NCBI GenBank assembly: GCA_963777505.1
Contig: CAVZQN010000001.1
Span: forward strand, 288,001 to 352,000
From: an uncultured bacterium
GTDB taxonomy: Bacteria; Acidobacteriota; HRBIN11; JAKEFK01
Direction of reading: 5' to 3'
Length of the DNA stretch: 64,000 nt
Part shown: one piece after another, positions 60,574 through 64,000 of the stretch
Numbering within the stretch: the first letter of the stretch is position 1
How the letters are laid out: each line of letters opens with the position of its first letter
Notes under the pieces: model-generated
What the model saw: only the letters and a program-made list of their open reading frames with translations
What the model was told of the DNA's origin: nothing
Database searches by the model: none
Position numbers and translations under genes: made by a program

Positions 60574-63447
60574 ATGAAAAGTTCGAACATAAATAAGCTT
60601 TGCTGCCCAGCTTGCCGTAAACGTTACAGTCTTCGCGTTGTAAATAGTTCTAACGATCGAATCGAGACCGCTCTTCTAACGTGTTCGCGCTGTTGTATTA
60701 CAATTCCGGTGCTTCGTGGGTTCCCCATTTTCGATCAACAATTCCTTGTTGAGAATCCTGATCTCGAGGACCTGACAGCAAAACTGTTTGGCCCTCCTGA
60801 GGAATATCTCGAATTTCTTGATCGCAAACATGAAAAGCCTGTCTATGATTTATATGCCGCATTTCAGCCATTCAATGAATCCACACAAAGCATTTTTCCC
60901 CTCCTTCCTTTATTAAAAGAAGTCGTAAAACCAGGCGATCTGATTTTGGATTTATGGTGCCGCACCGGTTGGACTGGTGAATTCTTAAGCTCTATTTTTC
61001 CGGAGCAAGAGGTCATCTCCATTTGGGAAAGTTCATCCGGGCTATTGGGGTTGAAAGGATTTGATTTCTGGCTTGGTTCAGGAAAACGCCGTGAAAACCT
61101 CGATATTATTTTTCATTCTCCAAATCAGGCGCTCCCTTTTGCGAATGAAACCTTTGGAATTGTTCATGGTCTGGACACACTTCATCGATATCATCATGTT
61201 CCTTTGATTTCGGAATGCTTAAGAGTGGTATCGCAAGATGGGATTTTAGTTTTTCCACACAACCATCTAACGAACTCCGAACCGGATCCATACTTTGACC
61301 GCGGAGAAGATCAATTCCATGGCAAAGAATATAAGAATTACTTCGAACGACTGCTAAAGGGATCCAATGACCAGGCATTTGTGCTCTCAGAAAAGACTTT
61401 ATTTGACGCAGGAACGCGATATCAACTTGCAGATGAATCCGATACCGATCATTACAATGCTTGCATCTTAATCGCACCTAAGAAATATGATGGGCAAAAG
61501 TTCACGCTTCTAAAAAAGAATATGAGTGAATATCGCGGAGCATACATCGTTTCGAATCCGCTATACAAAATTGATTGGGTTAAAGGAGAAGCAGTTCCAG
61601 CTCCCGAAGCGATGGATTTCGGAGTAGAGACTCTCTTTTTCAGACATCCTATGTATCAAGAGCGTCTGCAGAAGCACACTCCGGTGCAATTGGATGAACT
61701 CGATCGATTGATCCTTTATTGGGCAATGAGGATTAAGTCTGTTGACGAAATTGCAATTCTTTTAGACAAGGATGTCAAAGAAATTTTAAGCCGGCTTTTG
61801 AATCTTGAATCAAAAGAACTGATTCAGGTACAAAACATTACTCAAGCGATGGCAAAACTGCAGTCTTATTATTGGCGGCAGGAAGTTCCTTACACAGGTG
61901 AGGATGCTACTCTGCCGGCGCTCTGGAACCGGACGATACTACTTCATAAAGATCAACCATTCATCATATGGCCTGCGGATGACAGCATCTTTACTTATTC
62001 AGATGCAGATTTGATTGTCCGCATGTCTGCTGCATTTTTGGCAGCACAGGGTGTGAAAGCGGGGGACAGGATTGTAATTGATGCCATTTCGCATCCGGAA
62101 TTCTTATTTATTTTCTGGGCCGGCATTTTGCTGGGAGCGGTTGTAGTTCCAGTAAATCCCGATATGAAAGATGATGCCTACGCAGTTGTTCTTGAACGCA
62201 CAAAACCACGGTTGGTGTTCACAGGCCATGAAAAAAGTGCTGTATCAGAGTCAGTTTCATTTGGCGTGAATGAAAATTCCGATTCTTACCGGGGTTCATT
62301 TTCCGAGAAAGTCACCGAATTCGAACCCCATCAAGATTTTCCGAAATGTATAGAAAAGCAGGATGCAGTCATACTTTTTACATCAGGCAGCACAGGTAAG
62401 CCGAAGGGAGTTGTACTTTCGCATGGAGCTTTGTTCCGTACGAGTCAGATTATGGATCGCGCTTATGGCTGGCGCCGCAATGATCGCTTTTTGAGCGGCG
62501 GTTATTTTCATACGATGAGCGGCTTGAGAAACCCCGCGATCGCCGTCGTGCATTCAGGAGGGTCAGTTATTGTTCCAGGAAATGAAAACATCCAGGATCC
62601 AATGAGCTTGATGAACGTGTGCATGAAGTATCAAGCATCGATCTTGAATGTGCCTCCTGCTTTTCTTGCGTACTGGAGAATTGCGGAAAAGAAAATTCAG
62701 TATTTCCAGTCGCACAAGCTGCGCATGGTTCTTTCAACCGGATCCGCATTACATTTCGCACATCGTGAAAATTTTGAGAAGAGTTTTCGTGTTGTGATCT
62801 ACGACTACTACGGACTCACTGAGACTACCGGCGCGTGTATTTTGCAGACACCGCATCATACAGGTGATGAGGAAGTTGGCATCGGCAAACCCAAAGGATG
62901 CCTGGCAAAAATCGTAAATTCAAAGGGTGAATCTGTAAACCCTGGCTCTACAGGAGAACTCGCGATCTATAGCGACAACTTAATGCAGGGCTATCTTGGT
63001 GAAGAAGCAAAGTCTCGAAAAAGGATCAAGAATGGTTGGTTTATGACCGGAGATACCGCACGTATTAATGAAGCAGGTTTCATTGTTCTTTCGGGCAGAA
63101 TGGATCGCATGATGATCGACAAGAATGGAGAAAATATTTATCCGGAAGAAATCGAAAGAGAAATTTGCGCATCGGAAAGCGTCAGCGATGCGTACGTAAC
63201 GCAGATTCAAGATCAAATGCAAATGGATCAGATTGCTGCGCTCGTACAATTTGTTGAGATGACTGAAAATCGGGATGCACTTGTTAAGGAATTAAGGAAT
63301 ACACTGGCCACAAAACTTCCATTGATGCAGATTCCATCGATTATCTTAGCCGTAGAAGAAATTCCAAAAAGTACAACAGGAAAAGCTTCAACCACAGATT
63401 GCAAAAAGATTATTGAAGAATATTTAACCGCAGAGACTCAAAGATGA
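60574..63447 (+). CDS. Fusion of Trm112-like Zn ribbon, SAM-methyltransferase-like domain and adenylate-forming (AMP-binding) enzyme
   Basis: CPAC...CSRC..IPV..GFP; ILDLWCRTGW, LPFANETF, ECLRVV..DG; FTSGSTGKPKG, YGLTET, TGD, GR.D, PKSTTGK. Confidence 0.8.
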   Translation: MKSSNINKLCCPACRKRYSLRVVNSSNDRIETALLTCSRCCITIPVLRGFPIFDQQFLVENPDLEDLTAKLFGPPEEYLEFLDRKHEKPVYDLYAAFQPFNESTQSIFPLLPLLKEVVKPGDLILDLWCRTGWTGEFLSSIFPEQEVISIWESSSGLLGLKGFDFWLGSGKRRENLDIIFHSPNQALPFANETFGIVHGLDTLHRYHHVPLISECLRVVSQDGILVFPHNHLTNSEPDPYFDRGEDQFHGKEYKNYFERLLKGSNDQAFVLSEKTLFDAGTRYQLADESDTDHYNACILIAPKKYDGQKFTLLKKNMSEYRGAYIVSNPLYKIDWVKGEAVPAPEAMDFGVETLFFRHPMYQERLQKHTPVQLDELDRLILYWAMRIKSVDEIAILLDKDVKEILSRLLNLESKELIQVQNITQAMAKLQSYYWRQEVPYTGEDATLPALWNRTILLHKDQPFIIWPADDSIFTYSDADLIVRMSAAFLAAQGVKAGDRIVIDAISHPEFLFIFWAGILLGAVVVPVNPDMKDDAYAVVLERTKPRLVFTGHEKSAVSESVSFGVNENSDSYRGSFSEKVTEFEPHQDFPKCIEKQDAVILFTSGSTGKPKGVVLSHGALFRTSQIMDRAYGWRRNDRFLSGGYFHTMSGLRNPAIAVVHSGGSVIVPGNENIQDPMSLMNVCMKYQASILNVPPAFLAYWRIAEKKIQYFQSHKLRMVLSTGSALHFAHRENFEKSFRVVIYDYYGLTETTGACILQTPHHTGDEEVGIGKPKGCLAKIVNSKGESVNPGSTGELAIYSDNLMQGYLGEEAKSRKRIKNGWFMTGDTARINEAGFIVLSGRMDRMMIDKNGENIYPEEIEREICASESVSDAYVTQIQDQMQMDQIAALVQFVEMTENRDALVKELRNTLATKLPLMQIPSIILAVEEIPKSTTGKASTTDCKKIIEEYLTAETQR

Positions 63448-63451
63448 ATTT

Positions 63452-63528
63452 GTAGGGGCGGGTCTAAGACCCGCCCGCATAGTGCGTGGCGAGAATTAAC
63501 CCCGGGCGGGTCTTAGACCCGCCCCTAC
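63452..63528. repeat. Inverted pair of GTAG-type REP elements
   Basis: GTAGGGGCGGGTCTAAGACCCGCCC ... GGGCGGGTCTTAGACCCGCCCCTAC. Confidence 0.85.
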
Positions 63529-63543
63529 CGCAGAGAAGACGAG

Positions 63544-64000
63544 ATGAAAAACATATTGGAAGGGACAGCAACTCTCACCTACGAAGAGCTCGATCATCGC
63601 ACAAATCAACTCAATGCTTTCATGAAAGAAAACGGCCTGAAGCCTGGAAATAGAGTTGGAATTGCATCGACAGATGAGCGCGAAGCGACGGGCCTTATCC
63701 TGTCTTTTCTGAGGTTAGGTTTTCCAATTGCAATGATTGATCCAAACGCAAGGAAAACAGAAGCATCGGAACTGCTTCGAAGATTGGAGTTGAAAGCGTT
63801 ATTTCTCGATCAGGAAATTTTAGAAAATTGGTCCACAGCGATTGCTTTTAAAAATTCAGTCCCTCATGTCTGGTCAATTTCACGCCAAAAAAAGAAGCTT
63901 CTGAATCGGCTCCTATCAAGAAAAGAAACGTCAGTTACATCAACCCAAACGTATCCGGATTGTTTGAACGGATACGACTCAGGCGAAGCTCCGCCTGCAA
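63544..64000 (+). CDS. AMP-binding enzyme, 5' part (runs off the window)
   Basis: MKNILEGTATLTYEELDHRTNQLNAFMKENGLKPGNRVGI..., a typical ANL N-terminus. Confidence 0.7.
   Translation, partial: MKNILEGTATLTYEELDHRTNQLNAFMKENGLKPGNRVGIASTDEREATGLILSFLRLGFPIAMIDPNARKTEASELLRRLELKALFLDQEILENWSTAIAFKNSVPHVWSISRQKKKLLNRLLSRKETSVTSTQTYPDCLNGYDSGEAPPA

Noticed and set aside
1-64000. Many 60-170 aa antisense or nested ORFs; tRNA/rRNA; IS or prophage
   Set aside because: The nested ORFs are shadows of well-supported genes with no motifs; no RNA-gene, transposase, integrase or phage signatures were recognised

Overview
A gene-dense bacterial window (about 43% GC by eye) whose gene content looks Acidobacteriota-like: Ser/Thr kinase-TolB propeller proteins, an Oar-like TonB receptor, a sulfatase-TPR fusion and REP-like palindromes. 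More than a dozen single-base frameshifts split otherwise intact genes, most likely long-read indel errors. Ordinary content includes secreted peptidases/hydrolases, ppk2, dodecin, a copper amine oxidase, mtnBDC, an AarF kinase and an AgaR-type glucosamine/chitosan utilisation locus. Most notable: (1) a module at 12.0-19.6 kb with an ECF sigma, a membrane anti-sigma and an exported TPR-CHAT (caspase-like) protease. It carries three identically spaced TGAAA[CT]-N15-GTCTTG promoter motifs that point to the anti-sigma/CHAT genes and to two orphan genes, and it is bracketed by copies of a kinase 5' end. (2) A hidden selenoprotein at 33.9-35.7 kb, with an in-frame UGA in a thioredoxin-like UxxS motif followed by an fdhF-like SECIS in the same register as the E. 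coli element. (3) A five-gene operon: secreted protein, FHA-GAF, kinase-TPR, histidine kinase and response regulator. (4) A Zn-ribbon/methyltransferase/adenylation-domain fusion. No rRNA, tRNA, CRISPR array or transposase was seen. Family assignments come from motif recognition, not from database searches.
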